The position numbers and the translations under genes are program-made. Below the pieces are notes generated by a model. That model had not been told where the DNA came from. It did no database searches and saw only the letters and a program-made list of their open reading frames with translations. From assembly GCA_043809585.1 (NCBI GenBank), contig JBDROZ010000039.1, forward strand, positions 76,577 to 140,576: a stretch of DNA of 64,000 bases, in the 5' to 3' direction. This DNA is from Candidatus Eiseniibacteriota bacterium (lineage in GTDB: Bacteria > Orphanbacterota > Orphanbacteria > Orphanbacterales > Orphanbacteraceae). The number at the start of each line of letters is the position of its first letter. The stretch's first letter is position 1. Shown here one piece after another: positions 27,436 to 37,357 of the stretch.

Positions 27436-29361
27436 ATGAACCTGCGCGTCCCGATTCTCGCGATCCTCGCCGGGCTTCTCGCCTGCGCCTCTCCGCCGCC
27501 CCCGCCGGCGGCTCGGGGACCGAATCTTCTTCTCGTCACCCTCGACACGCTCCGGCGGGACGCCGTCGGGTGCTACGGCGCCGCAGGGGCCCGGACCCCC
27601 GTTCTCGATCGCCTCGCCCGGGAGGGGGTCCTCTTCGCCGACGCCCAGGTCCCGGTCCCCCTCACCCTCTCCTCCCACGCGACGATGATGACCGGCCTCT
27701 ACCCGGCGTCCCACGGCATCCGCGTGAACGCCCTCGCCCTCCCGGAGGAGACCGTGACCCTCGCCGAGCGCCTCGGCGCCCGGGGATACGGAACCGCCGC
27801 CTTCGTGGCGAGCCAGGTCCTCGCCCGGACCTACGGCCTCGCCCGGGGATTCGAAGAGTATGACGACCTGTGGATCGAGGGGGCCGGCGACGACGGCCTC
27901 GGCGTCGTCCCCCAGCGCCGCGCCGAGAAGGTGGTCCGCTCCTTCCTCTCCTGGTTCGGCGACCGGGACCGGAGCCGGCCCTTCTTCGCGTGGGTCCACT
28001 TCTACGATGCCCACAGCCCTTACGACGCGCCCCCCCCCTTCGAGGAGGCCGTGGGGGGGGATGTCTACGCCGCCGAAGTCGCCTACGCGGACCGCGCCCT
28101 CGGATGGGTTCTGGACGCCTTGGAATCGGAGGGGATCGCCGACTCGACGATCGTGATGGTCCTGTCCGACCACGGCGAGGGACTCGGCGATCATGACGAA
28201 GAGTCCCACGGCTTCCTTCTCTTCGAGACCACCCAGTCGGTGCCTTGGATCGCCCGCATCCCCGGCGGGCCGGCCGGGCTCGTCGTGACCGATCCGGTCG
28301 AGTCGGTCGACCTCGCCCCCACCCTGGCCGCGTTGCTGCCGATCGAAGGGGACTCCGCGTGGGCCGGGCGGGACGTGACGCCGTTCTTCGATTCGCCCTC
28401 CCCCGACCGGGACCGCCACGCCCGGTACGGGGAGACGTTCTTCGGGAACATGGCGTACGAGTGGGCGCCCCTCCGGGCCGTTTGGGTGGGCGACTGGAAG
28501 ATGGTCGAAGGCTCCCGGACCGAACTCTTCGACCTTGCCTCCGACCCGGGGGAGACGAAAGACCTCGCCCTCGACCGGCCGGACCAGGTCGAGCGCCTCC
28601 GGGCCGGCCTCGCCGAGAAGATAGGCGCCCAGGTGGAGCGGGAGGCGACGGACGTCGGGGACGACCTGTCGGAAGAGGAGCGGGGCATGCTCGAAGCCCT
28701 CGGCTACGTCGCGCCGGCCCGCGCCATCACGGAATCGGACACGCTCCCCGATCCCCGGGAGCGATACAGGGCCCACGAACTCATCGTCCACGGCAAGCGG
28801 ATCCTCCGGGAAGGGGACCGCACGGGGGCGAAGGAGATGTTCGAAGAGGCGTGCGCCATCGATCCCCGGAACGTGACCGCCCTCTCCGCCCTCGCCGATT
28901 GTCTCCGTCGGGAGGAGAACGTCGCCGAGGAAGAGAGGATCCTGCGCCGGATTCTCGCGGTGGAGAAGCAGAACGCGGCGGCGTGGAACAACCTCGGCAA
29001 TCTCATTCTCCGGACGCGGCGGGACGGGGACCTCGCCAAGACCTGTTACGACCAGTCCATCGCGAGCGATTCGTCTTACGCCGAGGCATACGTCAACCGG
29101 TCGAACCTCTATCTCATGAGCGGCCTCATGGACGATGCGGAGAAGGGGTACCGGACCGCCCTCCGCCACGAATCCGGGCTCCCCATGGCCCACTGGGGCC
29201 TCGCGAGCATCTACAAACAGAAGGGCGACTTCGAAGAGCACGTCATGCAGCTGAAGCTCGCCCTCCGCGCCGATCCCGGCTTCACCCCCGCCCGGGAGAA
29301 GCTCGAATCGTACGGTCCGGGCTTCGGCGGCGACCGCCCCCCGCCGGGGATCCGGCCTTGA
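27436..29361 (+). CDS. Sulfatase-like lipoprotein with TPRs (paralog 2)
   Basis: Lipobox LLAC; VTLDTLRRD, PLTLSSHATMMTG, WVHFYDAH, SDHGEGLG; TPRs. Confidence 0.88.
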   Translation: MNLRVPILAILAGLLACASPPPPPAARGPNLLLVTLDTLRRDAVGCYGAAGARTPVLDRLAREGVLFADAQVPVPLTLSSHATMMTGLYPASHGIRVNALALPEETVTLAERLGARGYGTAAFVASQVLARTYGLARGFEEYDDLWIEGAGDDGLGVVPQRRAEKVVRSFLSWFGDRDRSRPFFAWVHFYDAHSPYDAPPPFEEAVGGDVYAAEVAYADRALGWVLDALESEGIADSTIVMVLSDHGEGLGDHDEESHGFLLFETTQSVPWIARIPGGPAGLVVTDPVESVDLAPTLAALLPIEGDSAWAGRDVTPFFDSPSPDRDRHARYGETFFGNMAYEWAPLRAVWVGDWKMVEGSRTELFDLASDPGETKDLALDRPDQVERLRAGLAEKIGAQVEREATDVGDDLSEEERGMLEALGYVAPARAITESDTLPDPRERYRAHELIVHGKRILREGDRTGAKEMFEEACAIDPRNVTALSALADCLRREENVAEEERILRRILAVEKQNAAAWNNLGNLILRTRRDGDLAKTCYDQSIASDSSYAEAYVNRSNLYLMSGLMDDAEKGYRTALRHESGLPMAHWGLASIYKQKGDFEEHVMQLKLALRADPGFTPAREKLESYGPGFGGDRPPPGIRP

Positions 29362-29419
29362 CCGATCGCCGGGGAGCCCGCGATTGCGCATCCCCTCGGG
29401 GAAGGCTAGAATGGCGTCC

Positions 29420-31300
29420 ATGAAGGTGCCCGCCCCCATCGTCGCCGCCCTGCTCATCGGCCTCTCCTGCGGCTCCCGGGGGCCTTCGGGGCCGAACCTG
29501 GTCCTCGTGACCGTGGACACCCTCCGGCGGGACCACGTCGGCTGTTACGGCGATCCAGCGGCGGTCACCCCGAACTGGGACCGGATCGCCCGGGAAGGAG
29601 TCCTCTTCGCCCACGCTCAATCCCAGGTCCCGATCACCCTCCCCTCCCACGCGACGATCTTCACCGGCCTCTATCCGGGGGAGCACGGCGCCCGGCACAA
29701 CGGCACGCCCCTCCCGGACGAGCCGGTCACCCTCGCCGAACGGCTCTCGGAAGCGGGATACCAGACCGCCGGTTTTGTCGGGAGCCAGGTGTTGAACCGG
29801 TCGTTCCGCCTCGATCAGGGTTTCGCGATCTACGGGGACAAGTGGAAACGGGACGAGGGGGAGATGGGGCTTCACGGGCTCTGGGAGCGCCCCGCCGACC
29901 GGGTCACCGACGCCTTCGCCCAGTGGTTTCACACGCGCGACCGGGAGCGCCCCTTCTTCGCGTGGGTGCACTACTACGACCCCCACGCCCCCTTCCGGCC
30001 GCCCCCCCCCTTCGCGGAAGCGGCGGGAGGAGGGTACGCCGGGGAGACGGCCTTCGTCGACCGGGAGATCGGCCACGTCCTGGACGTCCTCGAGGAGGAG
30101 GGGATCCTGGACGGGACGGTGCTCGTCGTGATGTCCGACCACGGCGAAGGGCTCGGCGAGCACGGCGAGACGGAGCACGGCGTCCTGCTCTACGAGACGA
30201 CCCTCGAGATTCCTTGGACGATGCGGTATCCCTCCGCGCCCCGCGGGAGGATCGTCGATGTCCCGGTCGGGACGGAAGACCTCCTCCCGACGCTGGCCGG
30301 ACTTCTCCCCATCCGCATCGGGCCTTCGATGCCGGGCCGGGACCTCGGCCCCGTCATCGAAGGGGGCCCCTCGGATGCTCTCCGGCACCGCCCCCTCTAC
30401 GCCGAATCGTATTACGGGAACATCGGCTACCGGTGGGCTCCGCTCTTCGCCCTCCGCCTCGGGGATTGGAAGCTCGTCCGTGGGGCGCGGGACGAGCTGT
30501 TCCACCTCGCCGACGATCCCGAGGAGACGACGGACATCGTCTCCGGCCATCCGGACCGGGTGAAGGAGCTCGGAGAAATTCTCGAAGGGATCCGGGAGCG
30601 GGACGGCGGGGGGACGGCGGCGGAAGCGGACCTCACGACGGAACAGCGGGAGATGCTCGAAGGGCTCGGCTACGTGGCCCCCCGGGCGCCCCGGAGCGCC
30701 GGTGGGGACCTCCCCGATCCCCGGGACCGGCACGATGCGCACGAGAAAATCATCGAAGCCCGGGTGCTCGCCGGGGAGGGCCGCCGGGACCTCGCGAAGG
30801 CCGCGCTTCTGGGCGCGATCCGGATCGATCCGGAGAACACGGAAGCCATGCTCCGCCTCGCCCCCTACTTCAGGGAGTCGGGCGAACTCGAGGAGGAGAT
30901 CGCCCTCTACCGCCGGATCTTGGAGATCGAGCCCGATCACGGGCCGGCGTGGAACAACCTCGGCGTGATCCGGGAGATCGAAGGACGATACGAGGAGGCG
31001 ATCGAGTGTTACGATCGGGCGATCGCGGGAGCGCCGCTCTTCCCCGACGCCTACGCGAACCGGGGGAACGCCCGCTTCGCCCTCGGCGATTCCGAGGCCG
31101 CCCTGGCCGACCACGACCGGGCCCTCGAACTCGACTCCGGCCACGACCCCGCCCGCATCGGACGGGCGCTGGTCTTTCAGAAACGGGGAAACCTGGAGGC
31201 CCTGGTCCGGGAGCTGCAGCTCGCCCTCCGGTCGAATCCGGACCTCGAGGAGGCGAGAGAGTGGCTGAGGGTCCTCGAACAGCAGCAAAGGGGACGGTAG
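29420..31300 (+). CDS. Sulfatase-like lipoprotein with TPRs (paralog 3)
   Basis: Lipobox-like GLSC; VTVDTLRRD, PITLPSHATIFTG, WVHYYDPH, SDHGEGLG; TPRs. Confidence 0.88.
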   Translation: MKVPAPIVAALLIGLSCGSRGPSGPNLVLVTVDTLRRDHVGCYGDPAAVTPNWDRIAREGVLFAHAQSQVPITLPSHATIFTGLYPGEHGARHNGTPLPDEPVTLAERLSEAGYQTAGFVGSQVLNRSFRLDQGFAIYGDKWKRDEGEMGLHGLWERPADRVTDAFAQWFHTRDRERPFFAWVHYYDPHAPFRPPPPFAEAAGGGYAGETAFVDREIGHVLDVLEEEGILDGTVLVVMSDHGEGLGEHGETEHGVLLYETTLEIPWTMRYPSAPRGRIVDVPVGTEDLLPTLAGLLPIRIGPSMPGRDLGPVIEGGPSDALRHRPLYAESYYGNIGYRWAPLFALRLGDWKLVRGARDELFHLADDPEETTDIVSGHPDRVKELGEILEGIRERDGGGTAAEADLTTEQREMLEGLGYVAPRAPRSAGGDLPDPRDRHDAHEKIIEARVLAGEGRRDLAKAALLGAIRIDPENTEAMLRLAPYFRESGELEEEIALYRRILEIEPDHGPAWNNLGVIREIEGRYEEAIECYDRAIAGAPLFPDAYANRGNARFALGDSEAALADHDRALELDSGHDPARIGRALVFQKRGNLEALVRELQLALRSNPDLEEAREWLRVLEQQQRGR

Positions 31301-31325
31301 ACGTGCCGGCCCGCGAGGAAACGTC

Positions 31326-33074
31326 ATGAGAAGAAGCTCCGCGGTTTCCCTCGTTCTCTTTCTCGCCCTGCTCGGCTGCGCCGCCCGCGTCCCCCCGCCG
31401 GCCCGATCCCCCTCCCCGAGGGCGAAGCCGGTGCGGACCGAGGAGGCCCGTTCTCTCCGTCACGCGGAGGCCCGCTACCAGAGGGGTCTCGACCTCTACC
31501 GAATCGGCCGATGGAGCGAAGCGCTCCGCGCCTTCGAAGAGACCCTGGCGATCCTGGACGGGGAAGCGGAGAACGAGACCGGGACGCCGGGGCTCCGGCG
31601 CGGCGCCGATCTCCTCCGGGCGAAGACCGTCTACTACCGGGACCGGTGCGCCGAGAAAGACGCGGAAGTCGCGGTTCCGCTCCCGGAGCCGCCGCCGCCG
31701 ACGGCGACCGTCCCCGACGATTCCCGGGGGGCCGTCGATCATTGGATCGAGTACTTCACCGGCCGCGGCCGCTCCAACTTCACCCGGTGGCTCGAGCGGA
31801 CGGGGCGGTACGAGATGATGATGAAGGGGATCCTCGAGGAGGAGGGCATTCCCCCCGATCTCTACTACATGGCCATGATCGAGAGCGGCCTGAACCCGGG
31901 CGCCTACTCCCGGGCCCACGCGTGCGGCCTCTGGCAGTTCACGGCGGGGACGGGACGCATCTACGACCTTCACTCCGACTGGTGGTACGACGAGCGGCGG
32001 GACCCGGAGCTCGCGGGGCGGGCGGCGGCCCGGCATCTGAACGATCTGTACGAGACGTTTGGCGACTGGTATCTGGCCATGGCGGCCTACAACGTCGGCG
32101 AAGGCCGGGTGCTCCGGGAGATGCGGAGGTCCCGGTCGAACGACTTCTGGCAGCTCCGCGGGCTTCCCCGGGAAACCCGCGAGTACGTGCCCAAGTTCCT
32201 CGCCGCCCGGCGCATTGCCCTCCACCCGGAAAGGTACGACTTCCACGTCCTTCCCGATTCGCCCCTCCGGTACGAAAGCCTCCGGGTCGACGAGCCGACC
32301 AGTCTCGAGGCGGTGGCCGGATGCGCGGGGGCGTCCCTGCCGGAGATCGAGATTCTGAACCCGGCGATTCGGAGGGCCGTCACCCCCCCGACCCGGCAGG
32401 GCGTGATCGTGCGAGTTCCGGAGGGGACGGCCGACCGCGTTCGGGAGTGCTTCGAGACGATCCCCGTGGAGGAGCGGGTCACCTGGGAGCAGTACCGGGT
32501 CAGGCGGGGGGACGCGCTATCGAAGATCGCGAACCAGTACGACACGTCGGTGGGCGTCCTGATGGACATGAACCAGCTGAAATCGAGCCACCGGATCCGG
32601 GAGGGACAGACGCTCCTCGTGCCGCGATTGATGCGGATGCGCGTCGCCGCGTCGGGCGTGGCGGCGGCGGAGCCGAAAGGGGCGGACCCGAAGCCGGCCT
32701 CGAAGAGCGGCGGGGACCGCTACCCTTACCGCTACGCGGTTCGCCCCGGGGACACGCTCATCGGCATCGCCCGTACCTTCGGCGTGACGGTGGACCAGAT
32801 CCGGGAGTGGAACGACGTCGGCTCCCCCCGGAGCCTCCGGGCGGGCGATCCGCTCAGGCTTCTTCTCCCCGTGACGGTGGCGGAGAACTTCGGCCTCAGC
32901 CCCGACGAGGAGGGGCGCATCCTCTACACGGTCCGCCACGGCGACACGCTCTCCACCATCGGGAAGCGCCACGGCGTCTCGGTCCGGGACATCACCCTCT
33001 GGAACGACCTCTCCTCCCGGTCCGTCATCCACCCCGGCGACCGCCTCGTGATCATGAAGAAGCAGAATCTGTAG
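31326..33074 (+). CDS. MltD-like lytic transglycosylase lipoprotein with LysM domains
   Basis: Lipobox LLGC; AMIESG, GLWQF, YDERRDP, AAYNVGEG, LPRETREYVPK; three C-terminal LysM repeats (Y.V..GD.L..I). Confidence 0.92.
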   Translation: MRRSSAVSLVLFLALLGCAARVPPPARSPSPRAKPVRTEEARSLRHAEARYQRGLDLYRIGRWSEALRAFEETLAILDGEAENETGTPGLRRGADLLRAKTVYYRDRCAEKDAEVAVPLPEPPPPTATVPDDSRGAVDHWIEYFTGRGRSNFTRWLERTGRYEMMMKGILEEEGIPPDLYYMAMIESGLNPGAYSRAHACGLWQFTAGTGRIYDLHSDWWYDERRDPELAGRAAARHLNDLYETFGDWYLAMAAYNVGEGRVLREMRRSRSNDFWQLRGLPRETREYVPKFLAARRIALHPERYDFHVLPDSPLRYESLRVDEPTSLEAVAGCAGASLPEIEILNPAIRRAVTPPTRQGVIVRVPEGTADRVRECFETIPVEERVTWEQYRVRRGDALSKIANQYDTSVGVLMDMNQLKSSHRIREGQTLLVPRLMRMRVAASGVAAAEPKGADPKPASKSGGDRYPYRYAVRPGDTLIGIARTFGVTVDQIREWNDVGSPRSLRAGDPLRLLLPVTVAENFGLSPDEEGRILYTVRHGDTLSTIGKRHGVSVRDITLWNDLSSRSVIHPGDRLVIMKKQNL

Positions 33075-33096
33075 AAGAGAGAAGAGCGGCGCGGCG

Positions 33097-36000
33097 TCAG
33101 GGGCCCCGGCGGACCACGACTTTGCCGATCGACTCGGCCCGTTCCCGACCGTCTTCGGTCTCGGCGATCACACGAACGAGGTAGACCCCGTTCGCCACGC
33201 GGTCCCCGTCCGCATCCCGGCCGTCCCACGTGCAGCCCGACAGCCGCGTCGCACCGAAGGCCCGGCACCGATCCAGAACGCGGATCCGCTTTCCCGTGAC
33301 CGTCAGGATCCGGATCTCGAGATCCGCGTCCCGCGTCAGGTCGACGAAGAACTCCGTCTCCCCCCGGTCCGGATCGAAGGGGTTCGGGTAGTTCAAGACC
33401 CCGCCGAGAAAGGCGAGGGAACGGGCTCCGGCGGTGTAGTCGATCCGGTGGGAGACTTCCGACTCGTTCCCGAATCCGTCCTTCGCGACGAGGAGAAGGT
33501 CGTGCTCCCCGTCGGCGAGGGAGTCGGGAGATACCTCGGGAAGCCGGAAGGAGGCCTTCCCCGCGCGGTAGCCGTTCCGATCGAGGGCGAACCAGGGGGT
33601 GAGATCGACCGACGACCCGCCGTCAATGGAAAGGCCGATCGAGTAAGACCCCGTTACTCCATCATAGGCGACGCCGCTCTCGTCTTCCACGGTCACGTCG
33701 AAGAGGGTCTTCCCCGTGGATCGAAAACCGGTGACGTGCTCCGTGCCGTCGGCGGTGAGGCGGATCGACGGGCCCTTGAAGTCGTCCCTCTCGTATCCTA
33801 CCGGTTCGACCTCGATGGCGATCGAATCGCTCCCCCCCGCCGCCTCCCGGCCGCCGGGGGTGTAGGCGTAGAGTCCGACGCGGCCGAGGGGGCCGGCCGG
33901 AACGTCGAGGGGGACGAAAAAGCTCGCCTCGAAGACGCCGGCCGTGACGTCCGCTTCCCCCCGGTGGAAGCCGGGGCCCGGAAGAACGTAGTCGACGCGG
34001 CGCTCACGGGGTAGGTTTCCCCCTACACAGACCGAGTCCCAATAGGCAAATCCGGTCGTGTCGGCGGCTCCCCGGACGGTGATCTCGAGGACCCCCTCGA
34101 AAGAAGTGAGGGGAGCGCCCGAGGGATCGGTGATCTCACCCCGGAGCGTCACCACCCCTCCCCGGCGGAGGGAGAGGGTATCGGTACCGGAGAGGAGGAT
34201 CCCGTTCTCGGGAATCCCGAGCTTCAGGGATGGATCGCCGCAGAGAACGTACTTCTCGTCGTTGATCTTCCGCCCGCCATAGAACGCGCCGGAAAGGACC
34301 TTGGATGCCGCGAGGGCCGCTCCCGCGGGCATGCCGCCCGCCGGGTCGGGGAAGAGGCTTCCCAGGAAGTCACGGGCCAGATCAAAGCTCACCGAACCGA
34401 AAGCTCCCTCCGTTGCCGCCACGGAACCGACGATACCCCCTTCTTCGAGCTTCAGCATCTTCTCGGTCATGCAGTCCTGATACCGCCCATCGAACTGTCC
34501 CAGGTCGCAAGACCAGGCCGTGAAGAAGGGCAGTCGGTCGCCGTTGGCGAGGAACTCCGAGCGCACATCCTTGATCAACAAGAGTTCCTCGCCCGCCATC
34601 TTGTCCCATGACCCATGACCGGTGTAGCTCGACAAGAGATGGCCCTCGGCGAAGCGCCGGAGATAATCCGCTTTCGCCTCCGGCTTCAGTCCCATATCGG
34701 AAAGGGGATGCTCGACGAGGTAGATCTTCTCCCGCTCGTGTTGATCGCCCGCCGTGGAGGCCAACCGCTCCGCATCGTTTGTGAAGGTCAGGAGAAACGT
34801 GCAATCGTAGCCCCCCACCCCCCCCTGCCTCAGATGATCGTCGGCGAGGAAGAGCAGGCGGTTTCGCCAGCTGCCCGTCTCCGGGGTCGACTGGTATCGG
34901 ACGATCTTCATGATCATCGACGCCGCCTCCGCGGCGTCCTGGGCGGGAAGCCGGCCGACGGCGAGATCGGGCGCCCAGTCCCCTTCGCCGGAGTCGGGAT
35001 CGAGGTAGGTGAAGTAGTCATCCGTCGGAAACGTGTTGGTCCCGTTCCCGTTCGGATCGATCCGGTAGAAGGTCGGAAGAATGTTCCGCTCCGGCGTCTC
35101 CCCCCGGTTCTTGAAGTCGTCCGTGGCGTCTCCCACGAGGAGGAGATACGACGGCCGCTCCCCCTCGGGCCACCCCCGGACCGCCCACGCCAGGAAGTCC
35201 CGGATCGCCGCGGGGTCCGGGAGGCCCCACGCGAACTGGTCGTAGACCTCCGAGAGCTTCACGGTCTTCACCGTTCCCTCCCCCGATCGGAGCACGGCGA
35301 GAGGAGCGACGGCGGAGGCGAACTCGTCGGCGACGACGATAAGGTACTCCCCCCCTCTCGCCGGAGACCGGAGATCGGCGACGGTTCGTCTCTCGATGGC
35401 GGCGGGCTTCCGCCAGGCCGAGTCGTGGAGGGCGTGGAACGCGCGGGGCGCTCCCCCGGAGAGAAAGAGGACCAGGGAGTCGCCGGTGATCCCGAGCTCG
35501 ACGAGCTCCTTCACGTCCTTCGGATCGGTCATGTCGAAGACCCGGCTCCCGGCGGAGAGGCCAGCGATGGCGACGCGGGCATCCCCTACGACCGGAAGGC
35601 GGAATTGAAGCTCTCCCTCCCGGGCTCGGAGAAGGCGTTCGTAGCCGACGTCGAACCAGTCGAGGTAGACGCCCTTCCGATGGGACGCCTCGAACTCGAT
35701 CCCGTTCACCCCCTGCAGGAGCCCTATGCCGGTTCGGACCACTTCATGGGGGCCGATGTGGGGATTGACGCAGATCTCCCGGCCGTAATCGTCGACATAG
35801 ACGCTATCGCACTCCCGGTCGCAGCTGTCCCAACGTTCGTGGCCGAGATCGGTACCGTTCACCCGGGTGTCCATGCCCTCGGTCCCGCACGAGCTCAGGA
35901 CCGTCTCGTAATGTAAGAAGGACGCCCGGAGGCTCGCCGGCCCCGTCGTGTCCGGGTCGACGATCTCGAACGACCGGATCCACGAGGGTGCCTCCGATGA

Positions 36001-37257
36001 GAATCGGCGCCAGAACCACCCGTCCGAGCCGAAGCGGGTGAGATCGAGAATCGAGTCCTCTTCGAAGTGGAGGAACTCGGGGAAACTCCGCACTGTCAAT
36101 GCGCCCCCGGGGACGGTGCCTTCGCCTGCGGGCACCGCACTCATCCGTTTCGGGTTCCCGGCGAAAGTCCCGCCCCACGTCAGCCAGTAGACGTTTCGAT
36201 CGGCGTGGGGATGCTCGACATGTTCGTCGTAGGACTCCGCACCCGGATCGAACTCCCCGATCCATCCCCGGGGAGGCAGCCCGTAGAATTCGACCCGGTC
36301 GCCGGGATCGAAGGAACCGTCCGATTCGCCGGCGACCCGGATCGACGTCTCTTCCATCCACCCGTCGCGCGGGGTCGAAAGATCCTCGGGCAAAGAGAGA
36401 CCCGTTCCCGTGAAAAGCCGGAGCGTGCGGGCGTCGCCGATCTCCGAAGAAGGGTCGAGAACGCCGATGGCGACGAGATCGTCGTGTGCGATGGAGTAAA
36501 ATCCCCGCTCCTCGATCTCGATCCGGATCCACGATTCGCTCGAAGCGAAGGAATCGCCCCGTTTCCGGGGGCCCCTCGAGGGACGCTCCCGCCATGCCGA
36601 GGCCGACCGGTGGTTCAAAATCGTCGATCGATAGATGCCGTCGAAGGGATCGCGGCGGGCGGGCGATTCCCGCTTCGCGGGCCGGCCCCCGGAGAATCGG
36701 ACCCTGACGGTCGCCCCCCGGAGGATCGCCGTCGTTCCCGTCGATGGATCGAAGCGGACCGGTTGAAGCATGAGCGTGACGACCCGGTGGTCCCGAAGAC
36801 GGGCCGGGGGGCTCACCTCGAACCATCGGGCCGGGAAGATTCCGCCCGGCAATGCCGGGTCCCACGGGGCGGCGACCTCTCCCGAATCGGTAAGGGCCGG
36901 CTGGGGCGCCACATCATATCGATCGGTCTCTTCCGTCCGCGCGTCGACGAGTTCGACGGAGACCTCCGCCCCCGGGGGAAGGGAGATGACGACGGGTCGG
37001 ACCGGCGCCGCGGGGAAGCCGGTCTCCCCGGTGAGGCGTCCCCCGTCGACCCGGAGAAAGACGCCTCCCCCCGGCGCCGAGTCGGTGGAGATGCCGGGGA
37101 GGCGGTATTCGAACACCACCTCATTCTCATTCTCGGCGAGGAGTCGTATGTCCGGGGTCCGGCCCGTGGCGGCAATCGGTGCGGAAGAGAGGGCGAAGCC
37201 GGCCACCAGGGCGAGGATAAGGAGAAGAGGCCGGCAGTTTCGCGCAGGATGATTCAT
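33097..37257 (-). CDS. porU: PorU-like C25 (gingipain-family) sortase with propeptide and C-terminal FlgD-like domain
   Basis: C25 propeptide-like N-terminus; DPAAIRDFL..YLLLVGDAT.D.KN; DLAVGRLP; catalytic YTGHG and WSC..GQFD; LCGDPSL; C-terminal NYPNPF...WDGRDADGDRVANGVYL. Confidence 0.82.
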   Translation of the reverse strand: MNHPARNCRPLLLILALVAGFALSSAPIAATGRTPDIRLLAENENEVVFEYRLPGISTDSAPGGGVFLRVDGGRLTGETGFPAAPVRPVVISLPPGAEVSVELVDARTEETDRYDVAPQPALTDSGEVAAPWDPALPGGIFPARWFEVSPPARLRDHRVVTLMLQPVRFDPSTGTTAILRGATVRVRFSGGRPAKRESPARRDPFDGIYRSTILNHRSASAWRERPSRGPRKRGDSFASSESWIRIEIEERGFYSIAHDDLVAIGVLDPSSEIGDARTLRLFTGTGLSLPEDLSTPRDGWMEETSIRVAGESDGSFDPGDRVEFYGLPPRGWIGEFDPGAESYDEHVEHPHADRNVYWLTWGGTFAGNPKRMSAVPAGEGTVPGGALTVRSFPEFLHFEEDSILDLTRFGSDGWFWRRFSSEAPSWIRSFEIVDPDTTGPASLRASFLHYETVLSSCGTEGMDTRVNGTDLGHERWDSCDRECDSVYVDDYGREICVNPHIGPHEVVRTGIGLLQGVNGIEFEASHRKGVYLDWFDVGYERLLRAREGELQFRLPVVGDARVAIAGLSAGSRVFDMTDPKDVKELVELGITGDSLVLFLSGGAPRAFHALHDSAWRKPAAIERRTVADLRSPARGGEYLIVVADEFASAVAPLAVLRSGEGTVKTVKLSEVYDQFAWGLPDPAAIRDFLAWAVRGWPEGERPSYLLLVGDATDDFKNRGETPERNILPTFYRIDPNGNGTNTFPTDDYFTYLDPDSGEGDWAPDLAVGRLPAQDAAEAASMIMKIVRYQSTPETGSWRNRLLFLADDHLRQGGVGGYDCTFLLTFTNDAERLASTAGDQHEREKIYLVEHPLSDMGLKPEAKADYLRRFAEGHLLSSYTGHGSWDKMAGEELLLIKDVRSEFLANGDRLPFFTAWSCDLGQFDGRYQDCMTEKMLKLEEGGIVGSVAATEGAFGSVSFDLARDFLGSLFPDPAGGMPAGAALAASKVLSGAFYGGRKINDEKYVLCGDPSLKLGIPENGILLSGTDTLSLRRGGVVTLRGEITDPSGAPLTSFEGVLEITVRGAADTTGFAYWDSVCVGGNLPRERRVDYVLPGPGFHRGEADVTAGVFEASFFVPLDVPAGPLGRVGLYAYTPGGREAAGGSDSIAIEVEPVGYERDDFKGPSIRLTADGTEHVTGFRSTGKTLFDVTVEDESGVAYDGVTGSYSIGLSIDGGSSVDLTPWFALDRNGYRAGKASFRLPEVSPDSLADGEHDLLLVAKDGFGNESEVSHRIDYTAGARSLAFLGGVLNYPNPFDPDRGETEFFVDLTRDADLEIRILTVTGKRIRVLDRCRAFGATRLSGCTWDGRDADGDRVANGVYLVRVIAETEDGRERAESIGKVVVRRGP

Positions 37258-37357
37258 GGGCTCCGGCTCGCACAAAGAGAGGGGCTCCACCACGGCACCC
37301 TCGATCCTCATGATATCGAGGGCGCCCCCGAAACTCAAGCGGCGAGAAAGGAAGCCC

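Noticed and set aside
25561-29520. 1319-aa minus-strand ORF, and similar long ORFs at 7138-9873, 18400-21087(-), 22057-24237(+) and 42478-44601(+)
   Set aside because: All are antisense to genes with clear family motifs and have no motifs of their own.
25525-31300. Repeated DNA segments as a CRISPR array or DGR template/variable repeats
   Set aside because: They are conserved coding motifs of three paralogs; there is no spacer periodicity and no reverse transcriptase or cas gene.
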